Assembly (NCBI GenBank): GCA_036524985.1
Contig: DATDBH010000209.1
Coordinates: forward strand, 10,742 to 74,741
Reading direction: 5' to 3'
Source of the DNA: Microlunatus sp.
Lineage (GTDB): Bacteria > Actinomycetota > Actinomycetes > Propionibacteriales > Propionibacteriaceae
DNA length: 64,000 nt
Under the pieces are notes generated by a model. The model did no database searches, was not told where the DNA came from, and worked only from the letters and a program-made list of their open reading frames with translations. The position numbers were made by a program, and so were the translations under genes. Positions 54,960-64,000 of this stretch are shown here, piece by piece. The first letter of the stretch is position 1. Every line of letters begins with the position of its first letter.

Positions 54960-56848
54960 CGTGTCGCCAGGTCCCGAGCCGCCTCGGCGATGCCCGCCGC
55001 CGACATGCCGTAGCGATCCAGCAGGAACCCGGCGGACCCGGTGGGCGCGAACTCCGACACACCGAGGATGGTCATCCGCGTGGGATGGTGCTGGACGACG
55101 GTCTCGGCCACCGCTCCCCCCAGCCCGCCGGCGGTGGTCGCCTCCTCGGCCGTCACGATGCCCCTCGTCTCCCGGGCGGCCGCCAGGACCGCCCCGGTGT
55201 CGAGAGGCTTGACCGTGGGCATCGAGATCACCCGGGCCGAGATGCCCTCGGTGGCCAGCTGCTCGGCCGCGGCGATCGCGCGCCACAACACCGTGCCGTT
55301 GCTGAGGATGCTGACGTCGTCACCGTGTCGCACCGTGTGGGCCTGACCGGGGACGAACTCGTAGTCGGTGTCGTAGACCTGTGGGACGGCCATCCGGGAG
55401 ACGCGGATGAACGCCGGACCCTCGGTCGCGGCGGCCCAACGCATCGCAGCGGCGGTCTCGATCGGATCCGCCGGCACCACGATGATCATGTTGTCGATCG
55501 CTCGCAGCCAGGCGATGTCCTCGATCGAGTGGTGCGTCGGACCGAGCTCCCCGTACGCCATCCCCGGGCTCATCCCGCAGAGCTTGACGTTGCGGTCGGA
55601 GTAGGCGACGTCGGCCTTGATCTGCTCGAGCGCCCGGCCGGTCAGGAAGCAGGACGCGGCCGAGACGAACGGGATCCGGCCCCCGTTGGCCAGGCCGGCG
55701 GCCACACCGACCATGTCCTGCTCGGCGATTCCCACGTTGATCAACCGGTCGGGGAACGCCTTCTTGAATGCGTCCAGCTTGGAGGAGCCGACCGAGTCGT
55801 TCACCACGCCGACGATGCGGTGATCACTCTCGGCGAGCTCGGCCAGCGTGGCCACGTAGGCGTCGCGGCAGTCGAAGCGTGGCCGGTCCGCGATCGGTCC
55901 CGCAGTCGCGGACGCCTCGGTGGTGGTGCTCATCGGTGCCCCCCCTCGAAGCTCGGGAACGGCGGCCGACCCGAGCTCATCAAGTGCCTGGGCGAGCTGG
56001 GCGGCGTCGGGGACCTTGTGGTGCCAGGCCACGTCGTCCGCCATGAACGAGATCGGGTGGCCCTTGTGGGTGTGCGCGATCACGAACGTGGGCCTGCCGG
56101 TTCGCAACGGCGCCGAGCCGAGCACGTCCAGCAGCTCGCCGTGATCATGACCGTCGACCTCGACGACGGCGAACCCGAACGCGGACGCCTTCTGATCGAG
56201 GGGGTCGAGGTCGTTGGTCTCGCGGGTGGTGGCGCCTTGCTGCAGCCCGTTGCGGTCCACGATCACCGTCAGCGAGTCCAGCTCGTACTGGCTGGCCGCC
56301 ATCATGGCCTCCCAGTTCGAGCCCTCCTGCAGCTCTCCGTCGCCGACCAGCACGTACGTCCGGCGGCGGGACCCGTCGAGCACGGCCGACAGGGCGTGTC
56401 CGACCGCGATCGGCAGACCGTGGCCGAGCGGCCCGGTGTTCGCCTCCACCCCGGCAACCTTGGTCCGGTTCGGGTGTCCGTTGAACCGTGACAGCGGCTT
56501 CAGGAAGGTCGCCAGCTCCTCCACCGGGAGGAACCCGAACGCGGCCAGGGTCGTGTAGAGCGCCCCCGCCACATGGCCCTTGGACAGGATGAAGCGGTCC
56601 CGCTCAGGGTCGTCGACGGTATCCGGGGTGATGTTCAGCACGGCCCCGTACAGGGTCGCCAGCACGTCGATGGCCGAGAAGTCGCCGCCGATGTGCCCGG
56701 CGCCTGCGTGGTGGACCAGCTTCGCGTCCTGGATCCGGATCTGTCGGGCCGCTTCGGCGACGTGGGCGACCACCTCGTCCCGGGTCGCGTCGGGGTCGAG
56801 CCGACCCAGGACCGGCATCGTCGCGTGTTGTGTGGCCAGCGTGGTCAT
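54956..56848 (-). CDS. transketolase N- and C-terminal subunits (apulose-4-phosphate transketolase AptA/AptB-like) in one reading frame; internal ATG at 55933
   Basis: [16 protein letters not shown] and [11 protein letters not shown] (N-half); GIAEQ, GPTHH and KPLD (C-half). No stop between the halves. Confidence 0.85.
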   Translation of the reverse strand: MTTLATQHATMPVLGRLDPDATRDEVVAHVAEAARQIRIQDAKLVHHAGAGHIGGDFSAIDVLATLYGAVLNITPDTVDDPERDRFILSKGHVAGALYTTLAAFGFLPVEELATFLKPLSRFNGHPNRTKVAGVEANTGPLGHGLPIAVGHALSAVLDGSRRRTYVLVGDGELQEGSNWEAMMAASQYELDSLTVIVDRNGLQQGATTRETNDLDPLDQKASAFGFAVVEVDGHDHGELLDVLGSAPLRTGRPTFVIAHTHKGHPISFMADDVAWHHKVPDAAQLAQALDELGSAAVPELRGGAPMSTTTEASATAGPIADRPRFDCRDAYVATLAELAESDHRIVGVVNDSVGSSKLDAFKKAFPDRLINVGIAEQDMVGVAAGLANGGRIPFVSAASCFLTGRALEQIKADVAYSDRNVKLCGMSPGMAYGELGPTHHSIEDIAWLRAIDNMIIVVPADPIETAAAMRWAAATEGPAFIRVSRMAVPQVYDTDYEFVPGQAHTVRHGDDVSILSNGTVLWRAIAAAEQLATEGISARVISMPTVKPLDTGAVLAAARETRGIVTAEEATTAGGLGGAVAETVVQHHPTRMTILGVSEFAPTGSAGFLLDRYGMSAAGIAEAARDLATR

Positions 56849-57846
56849 CGGTCGTCCTGGTCGAGCATCGAGCTGAGCAGCACCTTCTGGACGAGTCGCT
56901 GGGCGGCAAGGGCGTCGTGGTCGGCCTGGGCCGCGGCGAGGGCGCCTTCGTCGAGGGCATCCAGTGCGCGGTGGATGGCTTTCAGGAAGGTGATGGCCTG
57001 CTTGGCGGCCTGCACCGAGTCCTCCCGGAACGGGAACTGGTCGAGCTGCCAGACCCCCTGCCAGTTGTTGCGGCGAAGGGTGTGGAAGAACTCGAACGTC
57101 TCCACCAGGTGCACCGAGCCGACCACCATGTCGTCGTCCCAGCCGCGGAAGTTGTCGTTCACGTCGATGGCGAACAGCCTCCCGTGGTCGATGCAGAGCT
57201 GGGCCGCATCGGCCGGGGTCTCCAACCCGTACAGGGAATGCCCGAAGTCCAACAGCACCCCGAGGTTGTCGCAACCGGTCTGCTGGATGGCCAGCAGGGT
57301 CCGCGCGGCGTTGCCGAAGATGATCTTGTTCCGGGGCTCGCGCGGCTTGTACTCGATCACGAACCTGATGTCGGGGTGCGCCGAGCACAGCTCCCGCAGC
57401 CCGTCGACGGCGGCCGTCCAGATGTCGTGGTAGTTCACCTGGAACGGGTAGTCCCAGCCGTCCTGGCCGAACCAGAGCTTCACGTAGTCGCAGCCGAGCT
57501 CCTTGGCCAGCAGGGTGGCCTCGTTCAGCAAGGCGAGGGCCTTGGCCCGCACCGTCGGGTCCGGGTTCGTGATCGAGCCCTTGATGTAGTCCTTGTTGTA
57601 GATCTCCGGCGTGATCGCAACCGCCCGCAGGTGGTTGCGCGCCAACGCCTCGCGGACGTCGTCGAGGGTGCCCTCGAAGCCGGCGAACGGCCAGTTCAGG
57701 TCGACGACCGACAGGTCCCCGACCGCCCCGGCCCGGTCGATCTGCTCGATCAGGCCGACGGGCTCCCCGTACCCTTCGGTCGCGTAACGGTCCAGGTAGG
57801 TGGCGAAGTGCCAGATGCCGGCTCCGAAGACAGGCAAGGTGGTCAT
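56845..57846 (-). CDS. apsI: xylose-isomerase-like D-apiose isomerase
   Basis: [36 protein letters not shown] and DVNDN.RGWDDD, which I recognise from ApsI-type isomerases; neighbours a transketolase and FGGY kinase. Confidence 0.75.
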   Translation of the reverse strand: MTTLPVFGAGIWHFATYLDRYATEGYGEPVGLIEQIDRAGAVGDLSVVDLNWPFAGFEGTLDDVREALARNHLRAVAITPEIYNKDYIKGSITNPDPTVRAKALALLNEATLLAKELGCDYVKLWFGQDGWDYPFQVNYHDIWTAAVDGLRELCSAHPDIRFVIEYKPREPRNKIIFGNAARTLLAIQQTGCDNLGVLLDFGHSLYGLETPADAAQLCIDHGRLFAIDVNDNFRGWDDDMVVGSVHLVETFEFFHTLRRNNWQGVWQLDQFPFREDSVQAAKQAITFLKAIHRALDALDEGALAAAQADHDALAAQRLVQKVLLSSMLDQDDR

Positions 57847-57868
57847 GGTCGTCCTCTCAGGACAGCGA

Positions 57869-58774
57869 TCAGCGAAGGGAGACGGGAGGTCTGCCGGCTC
57901 CGAACCGGCGGAGCTTGGCGAACATGTCCTCCAGCAGGAAGCGGACGTCGACGGACTCACAGACCTGCAGGGGCTGGCCCGAGCCCGGTACGTAGTGCCC
58001 CTCGGCCCCGAACCGCGGAGCCGGAACGGTACGGAACACACCGCTCTGCGGGTAGAGCAGCAGGGAGACCGCCGGTGAGTCACCGAGCGAGCGCGACTCG
58101 ATCGGCCCGGGGTGGTAGGTGGCGTTCCACTCCTTGAGCTGGTGGATCAGGTAGTCGGCCAGCTCGCTGGTGCCGCCGATCTTCTCCTCCAGCTCGGTGT
58201 AGGACACCGACACCAGGGAGTAGACGGGACGCGGCACCTGCCACAGTGTGATGCCCGAGTCGAACACGACGTTGGCGGCCGCGATGTCGTTGGAGAGGTT
58301 GAACTCGATCTTCCGGCGCAAGCCGAGCTCGCCGTGTCCCTCACCGCCGATCCAGATCACCGTGACCGGCCGGTCGACGATCGCGGGATCGAGCAGGATG
58401 GCCGACGCCATGTCGGTCAGGGGGCCCAGGAACGCGACGTACAGCCGATCGTCCGCCGTCGCCAGCAGACTCTCCGCGATGATCAACCGGGCGCCGGGCG
58501 AGTCCGCGGGAGTGAGCTCGTCCGCGATCGGAACGGCGGCCCCGTCGGCCACCGTGACCTGGCCGCTCAAGCCCATCAGCTCGAGCAGCAGCTCGACCTC
58601 GTTCCGCGAGTCGATCATGCTCTGGTCGCTGCGCCAGGTGCCGAAGTGCGCCGGGACGATGCCGCGCACATCCAGACTCGGCGAGAGCAGGGCGTGCACG
58701 ATGGCGTACTGGTCGTCGCCCTCGTTCTTGGCGTCGGTGTTGATGATGGCGCGTCGGTGCGTGACCACGGGCAC
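57869..58774 (-). CDS. IUNH-family nucleoside hydrolase-like protein
   Basis: [14 protein letters not shown] (Asp-rich Ca motif variant), GPLTD, EFNLSND and LGDSP. Confidence 0.85.
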   Translation of the reverse strand: MPVVTHRRAIINTDAKNEGDDQYAIVHALLSPSLDVRGIVPAHFGTWRSDQSMIDSRNEVELLLELMGLSGQVTVADGAAVPIADELTPADSPGARLIIAESLLATADDRLYVAFLGPLTDMASAILLDPAIVDRPVTVIWIGGEGHGELGLRRKIEFNLSNDIAAANVVFDSGITLWQVPRPVYSLVSVSYTELEEKIGGTSELADYLIHQLKEWNATYHPGPIESRSLGDSPAVSLLLYPQSGVFRTVPAPRFGAEGHYVPGSGQPLQVCESVDVRFLLEDMFAKLRRFGAGRPPVSLR

Positions 58775-58871
58775 GAGCCTTCCAGTGCATATCTATTCGA
58801 CACCGCATATTCTCTCGAACCTGGTCTGCGAGTCAAGCGATAGCGTCCGTTCCGTTCGGAAGGAGTCACCG

Positions 58872-60326
58872 ATGACCCAGATCCTGGCCATCGACCAGGG
58901 CACCACCAACAGCAAGGCGTTGCTGGTCGACGACGGCGGTCTCGTGCGCGCTGTCGGCTCAGCCCCCGTCGGGATCGCGCACCCACGACCCGGCTGGGTC
59001 GAGCAGGACGCCGAGCTGCTGTGGACCAGTGTGCTGTCGGCGATCGACCGGTGTCTGTCGTCGGTCGAGGGGGCGGAGGCCGACCTCGCCGGGGTGGCCC
59101 TGTCCACCCAGCGGGAGTCGGTGCTGGCCTGGAACCGGCGTACGGGACGCCCGCTGGGTCCGGTGATCGGTTGGCAGGACGTCCGCACCGCCGCGTGGTG
59201 TCGCGACCGGACCGAGCCGGGCGACGACGACCTGGTCCGCAGCCGGACCGGGCTGAGGATCGACCCGATGTTCTCCGCCCCCAAGATCAGTTGGCTGCTG
59301 CGCGAGTCCGCGGCCGGGGTGAGCCACGCCGACGTCTGCGTGGGCACCGTCGACTCCTGGCTGATCTGGCGGCTGACCGGCGGCGCCCGTCACGTGACAG
59401 AGGCCGGGAACGCGTCGCGCACCCTGCTGTACGACATCGTGGATCTCGCCTGGTCCCCCGCGTTGCTCGAGCTGTTCGGTGTCCCGGCCGCCGCGTTACC
59501 CGAGGTCCTGCGATCCGATGGCGACTTCGGTGTGTGCCGCTCGGTGCCCGGGATCGCCGACGGTACGCCGATCGCGGCCGTGCTGGCGGACTCGCATGCC
59601 GCACTGTTCGGTCATGGCTGCATCGAGGTGGGCACGGCCAAGGCCACGTACGGCACCGGCACCTCGGTGATGACCCCGACGGCCGCCTTCGTGGCCGGCT
59701 CCTCGCCCGTCCCGTCCACCCTGGCCTGGCTCACCGAGAACCCGACGTACGCCCGCGAGGGCAACATCGTGTCGTCCGGGGCGACCCTGGCCTGGACGGC
59801 GCGGTTGCTCGGCGGGAGCGTACCGGACCTGCTCAGGCTCGCCGCGACCGTCGACGACGCCGCTGAGGTCACGCTCGTCCCGGCCTTCACCGGCCTGGGG
59901 GCCCCGCACTGGGACCGCGAGGTGCGCGCGGTGATCACCCAGCTCGAACCGGACAGCGATCCGGCTCGGCTGGCGCGGGCGGCGGTCGACGCGGTGGCCC
60001 ACCAGGTCTGCGACATCGTCGATGTGATCGATCGCGACTCGGCAGCACCCCTGGCGAGCATCCGCGCCGACGGCGGCATGACCGCCTCGGCCCTGGTGAT
60101 GCAGACCCAGGCCGATCTGCTCGGTCGCCCGGTGGAGGTGGCCGACCTGCCCGAGGTCTCCGCGCACGGCGCAGCCGCCCTGGCCCGTCGCCGGTTCGGC
60201 GGTGGCGCGACCCCGCGCCCGACCGGACGGGTCTTCGAGCCCGCCCTCGACCAGCGCACGCGTGGCGATCGTCGGGATCGCTGGCGGGAGCAGGTCGCCT
60301 GGCTCCGTACGGCACCGCGACACTGA
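58872..60326 (+). CDS. FGGY family carbohydrate kinase (apulose kinase AplK-like)
   Basis: LAIDQGTTNSKA, PGWVEQD, TQRES, WQD.RT, KATYGTG and FTGLGAPHWD; AGGAG RBS. Confidence 0.85.
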   Translation: MTQILAIDQGTTNSKALLVDDGGLVRAVGSAPVGIAHPRPGWVEQDAELLWTSVLSAIDRCLSSVEGAEADLAGVALSTQRESVLAWNRRTGRPLGPVIGWQDVRTAAWCRDRTEPGDDDLVRSRTGLRIDPMFSAPKISWLLRESAAGVSHADVCVGTVDSWLIWRLTGGARHVTEAGNASRTLLYDIVDLAWSPALLELFGVPAAALPEVLRSDGDFGVCRSVPGIADGTPIAAVLADSHAALFGHGCIEVGTAKATYGTGTSVMTPTAAFVAGSSPVPSTLAWLTENPTYAREGNIVSSGATLAWTARLLGGSVPDLLRLAATVDDAAEVTLVPAFTGLGAPHWDREVRAVITQLEPDSDPARLARAAVDAVAHQVCDIVDVIDRDSAAPLASIRADGGMTASALVMQTQADLLGRPVEVADLPEVSAHGAAALARRRFGGGATPRPTGRVFEPALDQRTRGDRRDRWREQVAWLRTAPRH

Positions 60327-60400
60327 GCCACGGCGTTCGCGACGGTCTGAGGTCTGCCGACGGATAGGGTCGACCTCTCGCGAGGAGAGGAGCAGGTGAG

Positions 60401-61381
60401 GTGACGCAGCCTGTCGGTGTGGCCCGCACCTCGCCCGACGGCCAGGTGCGCTTGATGACCAAGATCGCTCACCTCTACCACGAGCAGCGCCTGCGGCAGA
60501 GCGAGATCGCGGGCATCCTGCACATCTCCCAGGCCAAGGTGTCGCGGCTGCTGAAGCGGGCCGGGGAGGTCGGCATCGTCCGTACCGTGGTGGTCGTCTC
60601 CGCCGGCGTGCACACCGACCTCGAACAGTCTCTGGAGGAGCGCTACGGGCTGCTCGAAGCGGTCGTGGCCGACGTCGACGGCGACGAGGCCGCCGTGCTC
60701 GCCGGCCTGGGCTCCGCCGGGGCGAGCTACCTGGAAGCCACCCTGTCCGGAGGGGAGCGGATCGGTGTCTCCTCCTGGAGCCAGACCCTGCTGTCGGTGG
60801 CCGACCGGCTGGCCCCGTTGCGCAGCTCCGGCGCCGATCAGGTCGTGCAGCTGGTCGGCGGGCTCGGTGTCGCCGCCGCTCAGGCCCAGGCCAACCGGCT
60901 GCTGTCGGAGCTCGCCGGTCTGATCGGCGCCGCACCCACGTTCGTGCCCGCGCCGGGCCTGGTCGGCGATCACAGGGTCCGGGAGAGCCTGCTCGCCGAC
61001 CCCGCCATGCAGAGCGTCGCCGGCGCCTGGCAGGACCTCACCATGGCCCTGGTCGGCATCGGCAGCCTGCGGCCCTCCCAGCTCCTGCGGGCCAGCGGCA
61101 ACGCCATCGCCCCCGCCGACGAGGCCACCCTGCTCGAGCTGGGTGCGGTCGGGGACGTCTGCAACCGCTACTTCGCCATGGACGGCCAGCTGGTGCACAG
61201 CGATCTCGACTCCCGGGTGGTCGGCATCGACCCGGACACGTTCCGGGCGATCCCCCGGCGCATCGGCCTGGCCGGCGGGGCCCGCAAGCAGGACGCCATC
61301 CACGCCGCTCTGACCGGACACTGGGTGAACGTGCTGGTGACCGACCTCTCCACCGCTCGCGCCCTGTTGGCCGCTCCGTGA
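60401..61381 (+). CDS. SorC/DeoR-type sugar-binding transcriptional regulator
   Basis: LY...LRQSEIA..LHISQAKVSRLL HTH, VGIGS, GAVGD and LVTD. Confidence 0.92.
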   Translation: MTQPVGVARTSPDGQVRLMTKIAHLYHEQRLRQSEIAGILHISQAKVSRLLKRAGEVGIVRTVVVVSAGVHTDLEQSLEERYGLLEAVVADVDGDEAAVLAGLGSAGASYLEATLSGGERIGVSSWSQTLLSVADRLAPLRSSGADQVVQLVGGLGVAAAQAQANRLLSELAGLIGAAPTFVPAPGLVGDHRVRESLLADPAMQSVAGAWQDLTMALVGIGSLRPSQLLRASGNAIAPADEATLLELGAVGDVCNRYFAMDGQLVHSDLDSRVVGIDPDTFRAIPRRIGLAGGARKQDAIHAALTGHWVNVLVTDLSTARALLAAP

Positions 61382-61881
61382 CCACCGACCGCCCCACCGC
61401 AGGAGCCCTCGGGCGGCTCCGGGACAAGATCGCCCACCTGGGCCCCGAGGCGATCAGGTTCGGCATCGTCGGGTTGACCGGTGTCGCGTTGCAGTTCGTG
61501 GTCTTCAACGTGCTTCGCTACGCCGGTCCCGATGGACAGGGAGTCCTGGAGACCAAGCCGATCACCGCGCAGGTGATCGCGATCGGCGCCGCCACCGTGA
61601 TCACCTACCTGGGCAACCGCTACTGGACCTACCAGCACCGGGAGCGCGGCAACCCCTGGCGTGAGCTGCCGATCTTCCTGCTGCTGAACGGCATCGCCAT
61701 CGCGATCGGGGCGATCTGCCTGGCGTTCTCGCACTACGTGCTCGGGCTGGTCTCTCCCCTGGCCGACAACCTCTCCGGCAACGTGATCGGCCTCGGCCTG
61801 GGCACCCTGTTCCGGTTCTGGTCGTACCGCAAGTTCGTGTTCACCGGGGACTCCCGCCACGAGCGACCGAACAGCGAGTGA
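61378..61881 (+). CDS. GtrA family membrane protein
   Basis: RFGIVG, NRYWTY and LFRFWSYRKFVF. Confidence 0.9.
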   Translation: MTTDRPTAGALGRLRDKIAHLGPEAIRFGIVGLTGVALQFVVFNVLRYAGPDGQGVLETKPITAQVIAIGAATVITYLGNRYWTYQHRERGNPWRELPIFLLLNGIAIAIGAICLAFSHYVLGLVSPLADNLSGNVIGLGLGTLFRFWSYRKFVFTGDSRHERPNSE

Positions 61882-61884
61882 CGA

Positions 61885-62262
61885 TCACACCGCCTCGCTG
61901 CGCAGGATGCAGAACTCGTTGCCCTCCGGATCGGCCAGCACCACCCAGCCGCGCCCGTCGGGCAGCCGCCGGTCGTCCACCTGGGTGGCACCGAGTCCCA
62001 GCAGCCGGGCGAGCTCGGCGTCGCGGCCGCCCTCGACCGGACGCAGGTCCAGATGCAGCCTGTTCTTGACCTGCTTGGCGTCCGGCACCTCGATGAACAG
62101 CAGCCGTATGGCGCCGTCGGCGGAGAAGATCATGCACTCCTCGTGCCCGGGTTCGTTCGGGTCGTCGGGATCCTCCGCGTAGCCCAGGACCTGCGACCAC
62201 CACACCGACTGCGCGTACGCGTCGCGGGAGTCGACGGTGACGTGACTGAGAAGGCTGACCAT
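61885..62262 (-). CDS. VOC/glyoxalase family protein
   Basis: KNRLHLDL and WVVLADPEGNEFC. Confidence 0.9.
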   Translation of the reverse strand: MVSLLSHVTVDSRDAYAQSVWWSQVLGYAEDPDDPNEPGHEECMIFSADGAIRLLFIEVPDAKQVKNRLHLDLRPVEGGRDAELARLLGLGATQVDDRRLPDGRGWVVLADPEGNEFCILRSEAV

Positions 62263-62266
62263 CGCC

Positions 62267-62770
62267 TCAGGATCGCACGTAGGGGCCCCGGGACGTCTCG
62301 ATCAGCTCGCTCATGGTGACGTGCACGTCCTCCACGTCGGGCACGTCGTCCAGCACCACCGGCCCGGCCTCGGCGGCCGTCTGCACCCGCAAGGTGCCAC
62401 AGCCGAGCATCCGATCGGACAGACTCCGCTGGAACGTGACGTCATTGACCCGCGCCAGCGGCAGGTTGGTGCCGGACTTGTTCAGGATGCCCGTCCGGGT
62501 GATCAGTCGGTAGTTCGTCAGCGTGTACGTCGTCGTCCGCCAGCGCAGGAACGGGATGACCGTCCACCAGGTCGCCAGCACCCCGGTCACGATCGCGACG
62601 GCGAACTGTCCCACCGGGCGGAAGTCGTGCGGGATGAGGGCGGCCCCGACCCCGAGGAGGGCCCCGCAGGCGATCAGCCCGGTGGCCGGCCAGAACAGGA
62701 CCTTGCCGTGGGTGCGCATGTGCATCAGGACGCGCTCGTCCGCGCCCAGCAGCTTGGCCGACAACCCCAC
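62267..62770 (-). CDS. bacterial PH (bPH_2) domain membrane protein
   Basis: RWRTTTYTLTNYRLITRTGIL and RMLGCGTL; conserved next to birA. Confidence 0.88.
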   Translation of the reverse strand: MGLSAKLLGADERVLMHMRTHGKVLFWPATGLIACGALLGVGAALIPHDFRPVGQFAVAIVTGVLATWWTVIPFLRWRTTTYTLTNYRLITRTGILNKSGTNLPLARVNDVTFQRSLSDRMLGCGTLRVQTAAEAGPVVLDDVPDVEDVHVTMSELIETSRGPYVRS

Positions 62771-62867
62771 CTCTCCATGCTGACACAGGGGCGCAATCCC
62801 GGCGTCAGACCGCGGGCCGACCCGGGAGGCCCCCGATCAGACCCTGGCCGGGGGTGCCGCCGGGTGG

Positions 62868-63662
62868 TCAGCGCAGATGCGTGACGTCGCCGGCGGCGAA
62901 GATCTCCACCCCCGCCGGCGTGCGGACGCGCAGTCGACCCTCGGCGTCCACACCGACTGCCTCACCGGTCACCGACGCTCCGCCGCCCGTGAGGACCCGC
63001 ACGCTCCGGCCCAACGTGCCGGAGCGGGCGACGTACTGCGCCGCCAGGTCCGCGTCCAGCCCGTCCTCCCAGCGGTGATAGAGCACGGCGAGGGTCGCCA
63101 GCACGGTGGCCATGATCTCGGCCCGGACGAAGCTCCTCCCCGGTCGCAGCACCGCGAGCGAGGTCGCCGTGGACACCGGCAGCTCGTCGGCGGTGAGATG
63201 GATGTTGATCCCCAGACCCAGCACACAGGCCGGGCCCTGCGGGCTGTCGACCCGCTCGGCGAGGATCCCGCAGACCTTGGCGTCGCCGACCAGCACGTCG
63301 TTGGGCCACTTCAGCAGGGCGGGCACCTGAGCCACCGCGCGCAGGGTGTCGGCCACCGCGAGGCCGGCCAGCAGGGGCAGCCAGGTCCAGGTCGCCGGAT
63401 CCCGCTCGGGCCGCAGCAGCACCGACATCGCGATCGAGCTGCCCGCGGGTGCGCTCCAGGTCCGGCCGAGGCGGCCGCGCCCGGACACCTGGTGATCGGT
63501 CGCCAGCACGAGCCCGGCGGGCTCCCCGGCGCGTGCCCTGGTTGCCAGGTCGGCGTTGGTCGACCCCGTCTCGGCCACCACCTCGGCGGTCCGCCACAGC
63601 CGGTCCGCGCCGGCCAGCTCGGCGTTCAGGCGCTCGGTGTCGAGCGGATCTGCGGACGTCAC
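62868..63662 (-). CDS. birA: biotin--[acetyl-CoA-carboxylase] ligase
   Basis: TGSTNAD, Q..GRGRLGRTW, KWPND and KVCGIL. Confidence 0.95.
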   Translation of the reverse strand: MTSADPLDTERLNAELAGADRLWRTAEVVAETGSTNADLATRARAGEPAGLVLATDHQVSGRGRLGRTWSAPAGSSIAMSVLLRPERDPATWTWLPLLAGLAVADTLRAVAQVPALLKWPNDVLVGDAKVCGILAERVDSPQGPACVLGLGINIHLTADELPVSTATSLAVLRPGRSFVRAEIMATVLATLAVLYHRWEDGLDADLAAQYVARSGTLGRSVRVLTGGGASVTGEAVGVDAEGRLRVRTPAGVEIFAAGDVTHLR

Positions 63663-63717
63663 CGGGCCACCGTAGTGCGGGCCGGGACCGGGTCCGCGGG
63701 CACTAGGGTGCGGAGCT

Positions 63718-64000
63718 ATGGGCGACGTCGACATCCACACCACCGCCGGGAAGCTCGCCGATCTCCGGAAACGGGTGGACGAGGCGGTGCACGCCGGATC
63801 CGCGGCGGCGGTCGAGCGACAGCACGCCCGGGGCAAGCAGACCGCGCGGGAGCGCATCGCGCTGCTGCTCGACGAGGACTCCTTCATCGAGCTCGACGAG
63901 CTCGCCCGGCACCGCTCGACCGCCTTCGGGATGGAGCAGAACCGGCCCTACGGGGACGGGGTGGTCACCGGCTTCGGCACCGTCGACGACCGCCCCGTCT
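63718..64000 (+). CDS. acyl-CoA carboxylase beta subunit (5' part; truncated by the window end)
   Basis: Manual translation: [16 protein letters not shown]...[21 protein letters not shown]...[12 protein letters not shown]. Confidence 0.92.
   Translation, partial: MGDVDIHTTAGKLADLRKRVDEAVHAGSAAAVERQHARGKQTARERIALLLDEDSFIELDELARHRSTAFGMEQNRPYGDGVVTGFGTVDDRPV

Overview
High-GC actinobacterial chromosome segment, Propionibacteriales/Nocardioidaceae-like by gene content. The backbone is the conserved actinobacterial block: SIS, Trm112, phosphomannomutase, DUF3499, whiB, cofD/cofE, manC, LCP genes, acyl-CoA dehydrogenase, purE/purK, GtrA, PH-domain, birA and acyl-CoA carboxylase beta. Several accessory inserts interrupt it: a decaying metal-response island, a myo-inositol (iol) operon, a LacI/GH2 beta-mannosidase module, an orphan Zur-controlled aztD and a D-apiose catabolic cluster. 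The most striking element is at 533-6347, a tightly coupled operon. It encodes an S8 subtilase whose C-terminal tail carries two periodic (S/T)-x4/5-C cassettes each followed by GYDPYG, an APH-type kinase, a HopA1-type lyase, a zinc LanC cyclase and a stand-alone copy of the protease prodomain. This looks like a split kinase/lyase/LanC lanthionine system whose precursor is fused to its own protease. A second notable pattern is a 21-nt hairpin repeat that flanks a DUF559 nuclease gene in inverted orientation and also occurs as a free inverted doublet 28 kb away. All calls come from motif recognition by eye; no database searches were run.
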